Virus record (IMG/VR): IMGVR_UViG_3300029861_000010
DNA: 36,545 nt
Strand: one strand, 5' to 3'
DNA from: a virus
In this document: positions 14,389 to 22,574 of the stretch, one piece after another
How positions within the stretch are numbered: the stretch's first letter is position 1
Layout of the letters: every line of letters begins with the position of its first letter
The notes under the pieces: model-generated
Told to the model about the DNA's origin: nothing
What the model saw: the letters and a program-made list of their open reading frames with translations, nothing else
Databases searched by the model: none
Position numbers and translations under genes: made by a program

Positions 14389-16257
14389 ATGGCAAATAAA
14401 ATCAAAGGCATCACCATTGAGATCGGCGGCGACACCACGAAGCTGGACAAAGCCCTGTCTGGGACCAACAAGCAGATCACCACTACCCAAAAAGAGTTGA
14501 AAGCGGTGGAAAAGGCGCTGAAAATGGACCCGGGTAACACCGAGCTGCTGGCCCAAAAGCAGCGCCTGCTGGCGGACTCCGCCTCCGCCACCAGCAAAAA
14601 GCTCCACACCCTCCAGGAGGCAGCCAAGAGCGCCGACAGCGCCCTGGCCCGGGGGCAGGACTACCAGGCCAAGTATGAGCCGCTGAGACAGCAGATCGAT
14701 ACGGTCTCGGCCTCCCTGAAGGGTCTGATGGACAACCAGCAGCAGATGGAGGCTGGGCTGGCCTCCGGGACAATCTCGGCCAAGTCCTACGAGGCTTTCC
14801 AGGCCAAAATCCAGGACACTACCCAAAAATTGGACGAGTTGAAAGCCGCTCAGCAGGCAGTGGAGCAGGAATTTTCCGGCGCCAAGCTGAATCAGAGTCA
14901 GTACGACGCCCTCCAGCGGGAACTTGTGGAGACGGAACAAGCTGCGGAGGATGCTGAGAAGGCCCTGAAGAATTTTGACACCGCCGGAGAAAAACTGAGT
15001 GCTGGGGCCGGTAAGATCGCTGATGGGGCCTCAAAGGTCAAGAATGCCACCAGCGGGCTTTCTACGGCTGCCGGCGGCGTTTTGACTGCTGCCGTGGCCA
15101 CAGTCCCGGCCACGGAGGAACTGCGCAACGCTCTGGCCACCTTAGAGACCAATGCCCAGCGGGCTGGAGTTGGCTTGGGCAGTGCTCAGACTGCTCTGCG
15201 GGACTTTACGGTAGTATCCGACGAATTGGACAGCAGTTTGGAGGCTACATCCAATCTGCTTCAGGCCGGCTTTACGGAAAGCAATCTGCAAAAAGCTGTG
15301 GAAAACCTTTCTGGGGCCTACCTTCAATTCCCGGACACGATGAAAATTGAGAGCCTTGCAGACAGTCTGCAAGAGACCCTGGCCACCGGCGAGGCCACCG
15401 GGCAGTTCGGCGAGCTGCTGGATCGCTTGGGTATCGGCGCCGCCGATTTTTCTGTTCAGTTGGAAAAAATCACTACCGAGGCCGACCGGCAGAATTTTGC
15501 TCTGGATACACTGGCACACGCCGGTCTATCAGATACTTATAACGCCTGGCTGCAAAACAACCAGGCCATTGTGGACAGCCGCCAGGCGAGCTATGATTTT
15601 CAGCAATCGATGGCGGAGTTGGCTGCTACGATTCAGCCTTTTTTAACCGAGTTCGTAGAGCTTGGAACCGGCATCCTGGATTTTTTTAATTCCTTACCCA
15701 GCGGTGTCCAGGCGTCGATTGGAGTGATTCTGCTGCTGATAGCTGCCATCAGCCCCCTTGCCGGTCTTATTTCTTCCATCTCTACAGTAGTAGGTATGGC
15801 CGGACTCTCTATGTCATCTTGGCTGCCCATTATCTTGGCCGTGACCGCAGCGCTGGTTGCGCTGGCCTCAATCATCGCCCTGGTCACAGGGCGGCAGAAG
15901 GAGCTTGATACCAGCATGGCCGGCACATCCACAGACCGAGGCGGCGGGTTCTCCCGGGCGGTGCCAACGCTTGGAACAGAGGCTCTCCCCCATTTGGCCT
16001 CCGGCGGTGTGGTCCGTCGGAACAGTCCCACGCTGGCGGTGATTGGTGACAACCCTCAGGAGTCGGAGATCGTCGCCCCAGAGTCCACCATCAAAAATTG
16101 GACCATTGAGGGAATCCGCGAGAGCGGCCTGCTGCGCTCCGGAGGAGGGACCCAGCGCTCGGTTATGACGCTTGACGGACGGACCTTTGCTCGGCTGGAG
16201 ACGCCATATATCCTGGAGGAGCTTTCCCGCCTTGGCATCAAAGTCACTCGCAACTGA
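14389..16257 (+). CDS. Tape measure protein (622 aa)
   Basis: Has the typical N-terminus ITIEIGGDTTKLDKAL, long coiled-coil regions and a hydrophobic segment (VILLLIAAISPLAG...). Its position also fits. Confidence 0.9.
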   Translation: MANKIKGITIEIGGDTTKLDKALSGTNKQITTTQKELKAVEKALKMDPGNTELLAQKQRLLADSASATSKKLHTLQEAAKSADSALARGQDYQAKYEPLRQQIDTVSASLKGLMDNQQQMEAGLASGTISAKSYEAFQAKIQDTTQKLDELKAAQQAVEQEFSGAKLNQSQYDALQRELVETEQAAEDAEKALKNFDTAGEKLSAGAGKIADGASKVKNATSGLSTAAGGVLTAAVATVPATEELRNALATLETNAQRAGVGLGSAQTALRDFTVVSDELDSSLEATSNLLQAGFTESNLQKAVENLSGAYLQFPDTMKIESLADSLQETLATGEATGQFGELLDRLGIGAADFSVQLEKITTEADRQNFALDTLAHAGLSDTYNAWLQNNQAIVDSRQASYDFQQSMAELAATIQPFLTEFVELGTGILDFFNSLPSGVQASIGVILLLIAAISPLAGLISSISTVVGMAGLSMSSWLPIILAVTAALVALASIIALVTGRQKELDTSMAGTSTDRGGGFSRAVPTLGTEALPHLASGGVVRRNSPTLAVIGDNPQESEIVAPESTIKNWTIEGIRESGLLRSGGGTQRSVMTLDGRTFARLETPYILEELSRLGIKVTRN

Positions 16258-16269
16258 GGAGGAGCAGCC

Positions 16270-16674
16270 GTGCCAAATTTCATGTATGTCGTTTTGGATG
16301 GAAGAGAGTATAAGGTCCGTGTTCGGGCAGATACACCATTGGTGGAGAGTTTTCATATCGATGATGGCGAAAATCAAATGATCCTGCTGGATGGCACGGA
16401 GAGCCGGGACGTGATTGGTACCTATTACGACCACACGCTGACAGTGGCGGCCGATCCAAGCGCCCCGGATGACTATGACGCCTTTTTCGAGGCCATCTCC
16501 GCCCCGGTAGACTCTCACACAATCGTCATGCCCCACGGGCAGACTGAGCTTACCTACCGGGCCAAGGTCACCAGTGGCAGTCATAGCTTGCGCGGAATGT
16601 TCGCCGGCCGGCGGCATTACTACGGGTTACAGGTCAATTTCCAAGCTATCGGCCCCCAAAGAGAACCAGATTGA
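16270..16674 (+). CDS. Putative small distal tail component
   Basis: GTG start 5 nt after GGAGGAG, directly after the tape measure gene. No family recognised. Confidence 0.55.
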   Translation: MPNFMYVVLDGREYKVRVRADTPLVESFHIDDGENQMILLDGTESRDVIGTYYDHTLTVAADPSAPDDYDAFFEAISAPVDSHTIVMPHGQTELTYRAKVTSGSHSLRGMFAGRRHYYGLQVNFQAIGPQREPD

Positions 16675-16696
16675 TCAATCATTAGGAGGACAGGAC

Positions 16697-18919
16697 ATGG
16701 CCAAGAACACGCTGAAATACCGGGACACGCTGTATGCAAAGCTGGGCTCGGGTAGCCTGCATCTGGCCATGTCCTTTTTGCCGGACTCTCTGGAGCCTAA
16801 TACTCTGTCTGCTGAGGTGGAGACTGAGTCCCGGGCGCTGCTCGACTTTAATCTGGATGACCCGGTCACGGTCTATCACCGGGAGGAGCAGATGGGGATT
16901 TTTTATCTTCAGAGCGTCACACAGATTGCACCCAACAAATACGCTCTGTACGCCACCAGTGCGGTGGGCCTGCTGATCCGGCGGCGCCACCGTGGAGGAC
17001 TCTACACTGGCCAGACTGTGGCCGAGGTACTACCGGAGATCTTTGGCCCAGTCCCATACAGCATCAAGAGCAACCTGGCTGGCATCAAGCTGTACGGCTG
17101 GCTCCCCTATGTAAAGCCGCCGGACGCCTCTGCCCGAGACAACCTGTGTAAGATCCTGTTTAATATCGGTGCCATCGTCAAGACTGACTTAGACGGTGTG
17201 ATCCGCATTGAGCCCCTTTGGGATGGTATCGCCTCCAGCATTCCAAGGGGGCGGATGGGCTTGGCGGCATCGGCGGTCCGGGACGGCAAGGTGACCGCTG
17301 TATCGGTCACGGAGCACCAGTATGTGGCCGGCACGGATGAGGAGGATCTATTTGAGGGCACTACCCAAAGCGGTGATGAGATCTCTTTTGATGCACCGAT
17401 GCACTCTCTAACGGCCACTGGCTTTTCGATTTTGGAGCATGGGGCCAACTACGCTGTCCTTTCCGCCGGCTCTGGGACGCTTACCGGCAAGAGCTACGTC
17501 CATAATACCCGTGTGGTTACCAAGATGGTTAACAACTCACAGATCGAGAACGTCCAAGACTACTCCGACCAAACTCTGGTCTCCTTGGTCAGTTCCGTGT
17601 CTGTTGCTGAGCGTCTGGCGGCCTATTACAAATGTTTTGAGTCCATCGACGCTCCAGTGGTCTATCGGGGCGAGGCTCCAGGGGACCGGATACTCACATA
17701 TCATCCCTACGATATGGTCAGCGTTCCGGCCTGCCTGGAATCCACAGACATCAACCTGTCCAATGTTCTCAAAGCAGATGAGAAACTCTTGGTTGGGTAT
17801 ATCCCGCCTAAGGCGGCAGCTGGTTATTACGACGCATCCGAGATAATCACACAGGAAGGAGAATGGACGGTCCCGGATGGAGTGACGTCACTGCGAGTTG
17901 TAATCATTGGCGGCGGGCAGGGAGGCTGGTCAGGCCTGCCAGGCAGCACCACAAAGGATGCGACCATCGTAAATGAAACCACTGAGCTAACCGGAAGAAC
18001 ATCGTATGTTACAGGGTATCCATCTGTGGCCGGAGGCGCTGGCGGAAGCGGCGGCGAAGGTGGGGATGGCGGAAGGGTCTACATCATCTCCCTGGATGTC
18101 ACGCCAGGGCAGACATTTCACATTTCCATAGGACAAGGTGGAACAGGTGGTGCTTCCGGCGAGGACAGCAGCCAAGGGAGTGATGGAACGGACACTACCT
18201 TCGGGGGCTATTCTTCTGCTTCCGGGGCCTCTACTCCGGGCGGTTATACAGATGAGACAACTGGTACTGTATACGGGGCTATGGGCCAATCCGGGATCTC
18301 GGGCGGAGCCGGAAACGGACGGGTCTATACGCCTGGCGAGGGGTGGGGCGATGTGCAAAACGGGCCGTCTGTGATATTCGGCGGAAAAACCTGGAACCCG
18401 GGTGAAAATAAGGACAAAGACAGCATTGCGGATGAGGCAGGCCGCTGGGACAGCGGAAAAGGACACTTTGAGGCTACAGCAGACGGCGGTTTTGGCGGCG
18501 GCGCGGCTGTCGGTGCAAACGGTAACCCAGGTTACGCAGCCTCTGATGGGCGTGTGTATGCAAGCAGCACCGGTGCAAGTGCAAGAGGTGCAAGAGGTGG
18601 GAAAGGTGCCGACGCATCTCCACCACCTGCGCAGACACAGATTGGGCACGGAGGCCTTGGCGGAAATGGCGGCGGCGGTGCTGGCTCCGGTGGCACATCC
18701 CTCATCGAGAACAGCGTGTCAACGAGCTTATCTGGAGGCAGCATGAACCCATCACGCCCGGAGAAGTCGCCCGGTGGTGCTGGCTCAGCAGGAGGAAAAG
18801 GCGGTCCTGGCGGCGTACTCCTGTTTTATGCCAAGCCAAAGCCTGACACTTCCGGCCAACTCAAGGACAAAAACGATCTATCCATCTTAGACCGCCTGGG
18901 CCGCAGGATCATTGTATAA
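16697..18919 (+). CDS. Tail tip protein with C-terminal glycine-rich domain (740 aa)
   Basis: ATG at 16697 follows AGGAGGA. The C-terminal third is Gly-rich (GGGQGGWSG, GGAGGSGGEGGDGG, GGLGGNGGGGAGSGG), as in phage glycine-rich receptor-binding domains. Confidence 0.8.
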   Translation: MAKNTLKYRDTLYAKLGSGSLHLAMSFLPDSLEPNTLSAEVETESRALLDFNLDDPVTVYHREEQMGIFYLQSVTQIAPNKYALYATSAVGLLIRRRHRGGLYTGQTVAEVLPEIFGPVPYSIKSNLAGIKLYGWLPYVKPPDASARDNLCKILFNIGAIVKTDLDGVIRIEPLWDGIASSIPRGRMGLAASAVRDGKVTAVSVTEHQYVAGTDEEDLFEGTTQSGDEISFDAPMHSLTATGFSILEHGANYAVLSAGSGTLTGKSYVHNTRVVTKMVNNSQIENVQDYSDQTLVSLVSSVSVAERLAAYYKCFESIDAPVVYRGEAPGDRILTYHPYDMVSVPACLESTDINLSNVLKADEKLLVGYIPPKAAAGYYDASEIITQEGEWTVPDGVTSLRVVIIGGGQGGWSGLPGSTTKDATIVNETTELTGRTSYVTGYPSVAGGAGGSGGEGGDGGRVYIISLDVTPGQTFHISIGQGGTGGASGEDSSQGSDGTDTTFGGYSSASGASTPGGYTDETTGTVYGAMGQSGISGGAGNGRVYTPGEGWGDVQNGPSVIFGGKTWNPGENKDKDSIADEAGRWDSGKGHFEATADGGFGGGAAVGANGNPGYAASDGRVYASSTGASARGARGGKGADASPPPAQTQIGHGGLGGNGGGGAGSGGTSLIENSVSTSLSGGSMNPSRPEKSPGGAGSAGGKGGPGGVLLFYAKPKPDTSGQLKDKNDLSILDRLGRRIIV

Positions 18920-18932
18920 GGGGGAGGACAAC

Positions 18933-19109
18933 ATGACACAAGAACAGCGCCTGGATGCGCTGGAGCGTCAGGTATTGACGCTGACAGAGCGGGTGTCAAT
19001 GAAGGCAGCTGCGGAGGAACCCACAGAATATTACACCAGCCGGTATTCTGGCGAAGAGATCGACTCCCTGCTGGACTGGGTCAAGGCCCAGCAGGGCAAA
19101 ACCACATGA
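18933..19109 (+). CDS. Hypothetical small tail-module protein (58 aa)
   Basis: ATG follows GGGGAGGA. The N-terminus is coiled-coil-like. Confidence 0.5.
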   Translation: MTQEQRLDALERQVLTLTERVSMKAAAEEPTEYYTSRYSGEEIDSLLDWVKAQQGKTT

Positions 19110-19123
19110 TTGGAGGGGCATCT

Positions 19124-19771
19124 ATGCTGTATCTCAAAGATTGGCGGGTATGCACTCCTCCTGGGTTTTCCTTGGGCTTTGAGGGGGATAATCTGGCCAT
19201 TACCTTGGCACTGGATACAGATCTGCCAGAGGGATGGGACCTAAAACTCGACGTGGAAAAAGAGGGAAAGAAAAATATCATCCAGCTGGAGCGGAGCGGT
19301 CAGGTTTACTCCGTCCAGCTCACATCATCCATGCTGGCCTCCGGTGGTCTGTACCTGTTGCAGGTCCGCGGGACACTGGGCGAGCAGATCCGGCACAGCA
19401 ATCAGTTTTACGCCGCTGTGCATCACAGCATTAATGCGGTAGACGCTTTCCCACCTCCCCTCCCCTCTGAATTTGAGCAAATGGAGGACCGCCTGACAGA
19501 CATCAATAACCATCCCCCCAGGCCGGGAGCAAACGGATTTTGGCAGATCTACGACCCTGATACCCGGGAATATGTCCCATCCGACATCCCCTTGCCGGAT
19601 GGGGGTGGCGGGACTGGATATGTTATTGGCCACGGCCTAAAGATTACCGGCGGCACCACTCTGGAGGTAAATGCGGTCAACAACTTTACTGGGGACAATA
19701 CACTACCTGCCACAGCGGCCCTCGTGCAAGAGCAGGTCGGAAATATCGAGGTACTCCTCGGGACAATTTAA
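19124..19771 (+). CDS. Hypothetical tail/baseplate-associated protein (215 aa)
   Basis: ATG at 19124 follows GGAGGGG. The C-terminus ...ALVQEQVGNIEVLLGTI resembles fibre-type termini. Confidence 0.6.
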   Translation: MLYLKDWRVCTPPGFSLGFEGDNLAITLALDTDLPEGWDLKLDVEKEGKKNIIQLERSGQVYSVQLTSSMLASGGLYLLQVRGTLGEQIRHSNQFYAAVHHSINAVDAFPPPLPSEFEQMEDRLTDINNHPPRPGANGFWQIYDPDTREYVPSDIPLPDGGGGTGYVIGHGLKITGGTTLEVNAVNNFTGDNTLPATAALVQEQVGNIEVLLGTI

Positions 19772-19784
19772 GGAGGTAAGCACT

Positions 19785-20660
19785 ATGAGCGTAGCAACAG
19801 AGATCAGCAGACTCCAGGCAGCCAGAAACAAGATCCGGGCCAAAGCAGTGGAACTTGGGATTGGGGCCAGCAACGACCAGTTGGACACCTTGGCCACGGA
19901 GATCGACGCGATTGAAAACCGGGGCGCGGTGTCCGCTCAGGTACAAGAGGGCGATACTTATACCATCCCAAAGGGATACCACAACGGATCCGGCACCGTC
20001 TCCGGCGTCGCTGGTGGCGGTAATTACAATCTCCAGAGCAAGACCGCAACTCCCACCAAGGCGCAGCAGAATGTGACTCCGGACCCCGGCTATTATGGCC
20101 TGTCCGATGTAACTGTGGGCGCTATCCCAGACAGCTATCAGGATGTGTCTGCCGTAACAGCAGTTGGGGCAGATGTCCTCACAGGCAAAATTTTTGTGGA
20201 CAAGGCCGGCAAAACCACCACGGGAACGATGCCCAACAATGGGGCGGTAGCCAAGACGTTGACCCTGGAAGAACCGTCTTACAGTGTCCCCAAGGGGTAT
20301 CACAGCGGCGCCGGGACAGTGAAGATCGTCCCCGAGACGAAAACCGCAACACCAACAAAGAGCGCGCAGACCATTGAACCGACCGAGGGTAAGGTTCTGT
20401 CCTCTGTTGAGGTTGCGGCAATCCCTGAGGCATTCCAGGACGTGACTGGTGTTACTGCTGGTGCGGCTGATGTGCTGACTGGCAAAAAGATCGTGGATGC
20501 AAAGGGTACTCTAGTGACTGGCTCCATGGCAAACAACGGACCCGTCTCTGGGACCATTGACGGACTCACACAGACGTCCTACACAGTCCCGGCGGGTTAT
20601 ACCTCCGGCGGTACGGTAAGCCTCTCTGGGGACATCGAGGAAGCCCTTGCGGCTATCTAA
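19785..20660 (+). CDS. Tail fibre-like protein with internal ~100-aa tandem repeats
   Basis: AAGGAGG RBS. Repeats begin at TYTIPKGYH, SYSVPKGYH and SYTVPAGY. Confidence 0.7.
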   Translation: MSVATEISRLQAARNKIRAKAVELGIGASNDQLDTLATEIDAIENRGAVSAQVQEGDTYTIPKGYHNGSGTVSGVAGGGNYNLQSKTATPTKAQQNVTPDPGYYGLSDVTVGAIPDSYQDVSAVTAVGADVLTGKIFVDKAGKTTTGTMPNNGAVAKTLTLEEPSYSVPKGYHSGAGTVKIVPETKTATPTKSAQTIEPTEGKVLSSVEVAAIPEAFQDVTGVTAGAADVLTGKKIVDAKGTLVTGSMANNGPVSGTIDGLTQTSYTVPAGYTSGGTVSLSGDIEEALAAI

Positions 20661-20671
20661 GGAGGTGCGGC

Positions 20672-21364
20672 ATGAGCGTACAAAGCGAAATTGACCGCAT
20701 TAAGAAAAACGTAGACGATACCCTGAAAGCCATCAGTGATACCGGCGTACAGGTGGGGATGGGCAGTGATGCCCTCCCTGCCGCCGCCCGGGCGCTCGCA
20801 AACGAGAAGCAGGATAAGCTAACCGGAACAGCTGGGCAGTTCGTGGGGTTTGACGAAAAGGGCAACGCCATACCTCAAAATGCACCACAATCTGGGATGA
20901 CCCAAACCCAGGCCGACGAGAGGTATTTACAGTTGTCTGGCGGGGTAGTACACGGGGATGTCGCTTTTGATGGTACTTTTACTGCTACATCGTATGCACA
21001 GTTTCACTCCCCTACAGTATTCAACGGAGAGGTTCGGCTTAAAGTCTATCCAGAACACTCTGAATCTGCTGCCAATAAAGAATATGTTGATGACCAAAAA
21101 CCAAAAGCGGCAAAGGTCACACTCACCACTGCTGGTTGGGATTCTGTTTCCAAGACCCAAACGATCACTGTGTCTGGTGTGCTGGCCGATGAGGACAAGC
21201 AACTCATCATTCCGATGCCTGCAATGGCCTCCCAAGCTAACTATGCCACCGCCGGGATCGCCTGCACCAAGCAGGGAGCAAACTCCCTGACTTTTAAATG
21301 TCAAACGGTTCCGACAGCAGACATCACAGTCTATGTGGCGGTGCAGGAGGTGGCGCAGGCATGA
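20672..21364 (+). CDS. Tail fibre / receptor-binding-like protein
   Basis: AAGGAGG RBS. The N-terminus MSVQSEIDRIKKN resembles that of the preceding fibre gene (MSVATEISRLQAA). Confidence 0.7.
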   Translation: MSVQSEIDRIKKNVDDTLKAISDTGVQVGMGSDALPAAARALANEKQDKLTGTAGQFVGFDEKGNAIPQNAPQSGMTQTQADERYLQLSGGVVHGDVAFDGTFTATSYAQFHSPTVFNGEVRLKVYPEHSESAANKEYVDDQKPKAAKVTLTTAGWDSVSKTQTITVSGVLADEDKQLIIPMPAMASQANYATAGIACTKQGANSLTFKCQTVPTADITVYVAVQEVAQA

Positions 21365-21669
21365 TTTTTAACCCAATTATTGTGGGTGGTTCGGGCAGCG
21401 GAGGAACAGACCCGGAGGAGACGCCGAACTTGTATATTACAGTCGATACGTTTATTGGTGCCGGAACAGAATCACTAAATATGTCTGGGCCTAACGGAGT
21501 CAGATGGAGCGCTCCATGGGATAGTGTTGACCAAGGTTACACATATCACCTATTTGTCACCCGATATGGAACGTATACGTTCACAAAAGATGATGGCAGA
21601 GAAGGAGAGTCCACATCAAAGGTGACGTTCGAAAAGGGTGGACCAACCAAGAAATCTGTAAACTTGTAA
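21361..21669 (+). CDS. Hypothetical protein (102 aa), AT-richer ORF ending the tail module
   Basis: ATGA overlap with the fibre gene. No family recognised. Confidence 0.55.
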   Translation: MIFNPIIVGGSGSGGTDPEETPNLYITVDTFIGAGTESLNMSGPNGVRWSAPWDSVDQGYTYHLFVTRYGTYTFTKDDGREGESTSKVTFEKGGPTKKSVNL

Positions 21670-21702
21670 GAGCCGTCCAGGCGGGCGGCGGAAAGGAGTG
21701 AA

Positions 21703-22008
21703 ATGGAGGAGTTAACGAGGATCCTGGCGGCGTGCTCGCCGGTGCTGGCACTGGTGGCCGGCTGGGCGGCCGGGCAGCTGCGGTCCGTTCACAAAAAGGA
21801 CAGGGCTATGGAAAACGGAGTGAAGATGCTGCTGCGGGCCAAGCTGATCGACAAATGCCTGCACTACATCGAGAAGGGCAGCGTACCGCCGTTTGCCCTG
21901 GAGACCATCAAGGGACTGTACCAGTCCTACCTGGAGCTCGGAGATGGGGATCCGTCGGTCGGGGATCTGGTGGGCCGGGTGGAGCAATTAGAAATTAGAG
22001 GAGGGTAA
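21703..22008 (+). CDS. Hypothetical protein with N-terminal transmembrane segment (lysis-cassette associated)
   Basis: RBS AAAGGAG and a hydrophobic ILAACSPVLALVAGWAAG segment. Confidence 0.55.
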   Translation: MEELTRILAACSPVLALVAGWAAGQLRSVHKKDRAMENGVKMLLRAKLIDKCLHYIEKGSVPPFALETIKGLYQSYLELGDGDPSVGDLVGRVEQLEIRGG

Positions 22009-22012
22009 GACT

Positions 22013-22273
22013 ATGGACTTTGGGATTGCGAGCGTGGCGGCCATCACGGTGATCTGCTACCTGATTGGTCAGGTGGTCAAGGCGTCCGGGGTGGACAACA
22101 AGTGGATCCCCATCGCCTGCGGCGTGTCCGGCGGACTGCTGGGCGTGGCCTGCATGGCCCTGGCGGTGCCGGATTTTCCCGCCGCCGACCCGGTGACCGC
22201 CCTGGCGGTGGGCATCGTGAGCGGCTTTGCGGCCACCGGCGTCAACCAGGCGGCCAAGCAGCTGAGTAAGTAA
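22013..22273 (+). CDS. Holin
   Basis: 86 aa with multiple hydrophobic helices and a conserved-looking ...KWIPIACGVSGGLLGV...GIVSGFAATGVNQAAKQL, immediately upstream of the lysin region. Confidence 0.8.
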   Translation: MDFGIASVAAITVICYLIGQVVKASGVDNKWIPIACGVSGGLLGVACMALAVPDFPAADPVTALAVGIVSGFAATGVNQAAKQLSK

Positions 22274-22309
22274 CCACAAAACCGACACAACATGAGAGGA
22301 GAAAACAAC

Positions 22310-22570
22310 ATGAACGCCAATTACATCTATGACATTTTTGCCACCTGTGAGGAGCTGGATCTCCCCGACCTGACCATTGCCCTGGCCCACCACAAGGAGG
22401 CTCACCCCATCCCTGAGGGCATGACTGAGAAGGGCATCAACGAGTTTGTGGGCGGCCACTACGAGGCTCTGGTGGACGCCTTCGCCGACCACGACCGGGA
22501 GGCCTTCGCCGCCGCTGTGGCCGCCGGCGTCAAGGAGGACGAGGAGCGCGAGGCCGGCCAGGAGGGCTGA
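22310..22570 (+). CDS. Hypothetical acidic protein between holin and endolysin
   Basis: ATG at 22310 follows GAGAGGAGAA. Confidence 0.55.
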   Translation: MNANYIYDIFATCEELDLPDLTIALAHHKEAHPIPEGMTEKGINEFVGGHYEALVDAFADHDREAFAAAVAAGVKEDEEREAGQEG

Positions 22571-22574
22571 GCCC

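Noticed and set aside
17897-18835. Nucleotide-level tandem repeat or collagen-like triple-helix region in the tail tip gene
   Set aside because: The Gly-rich blocks are irregular, with no GXY periodicity and no exact DNA repeat unit. This is a protein-level compositional feature, not a DNA repeat array.
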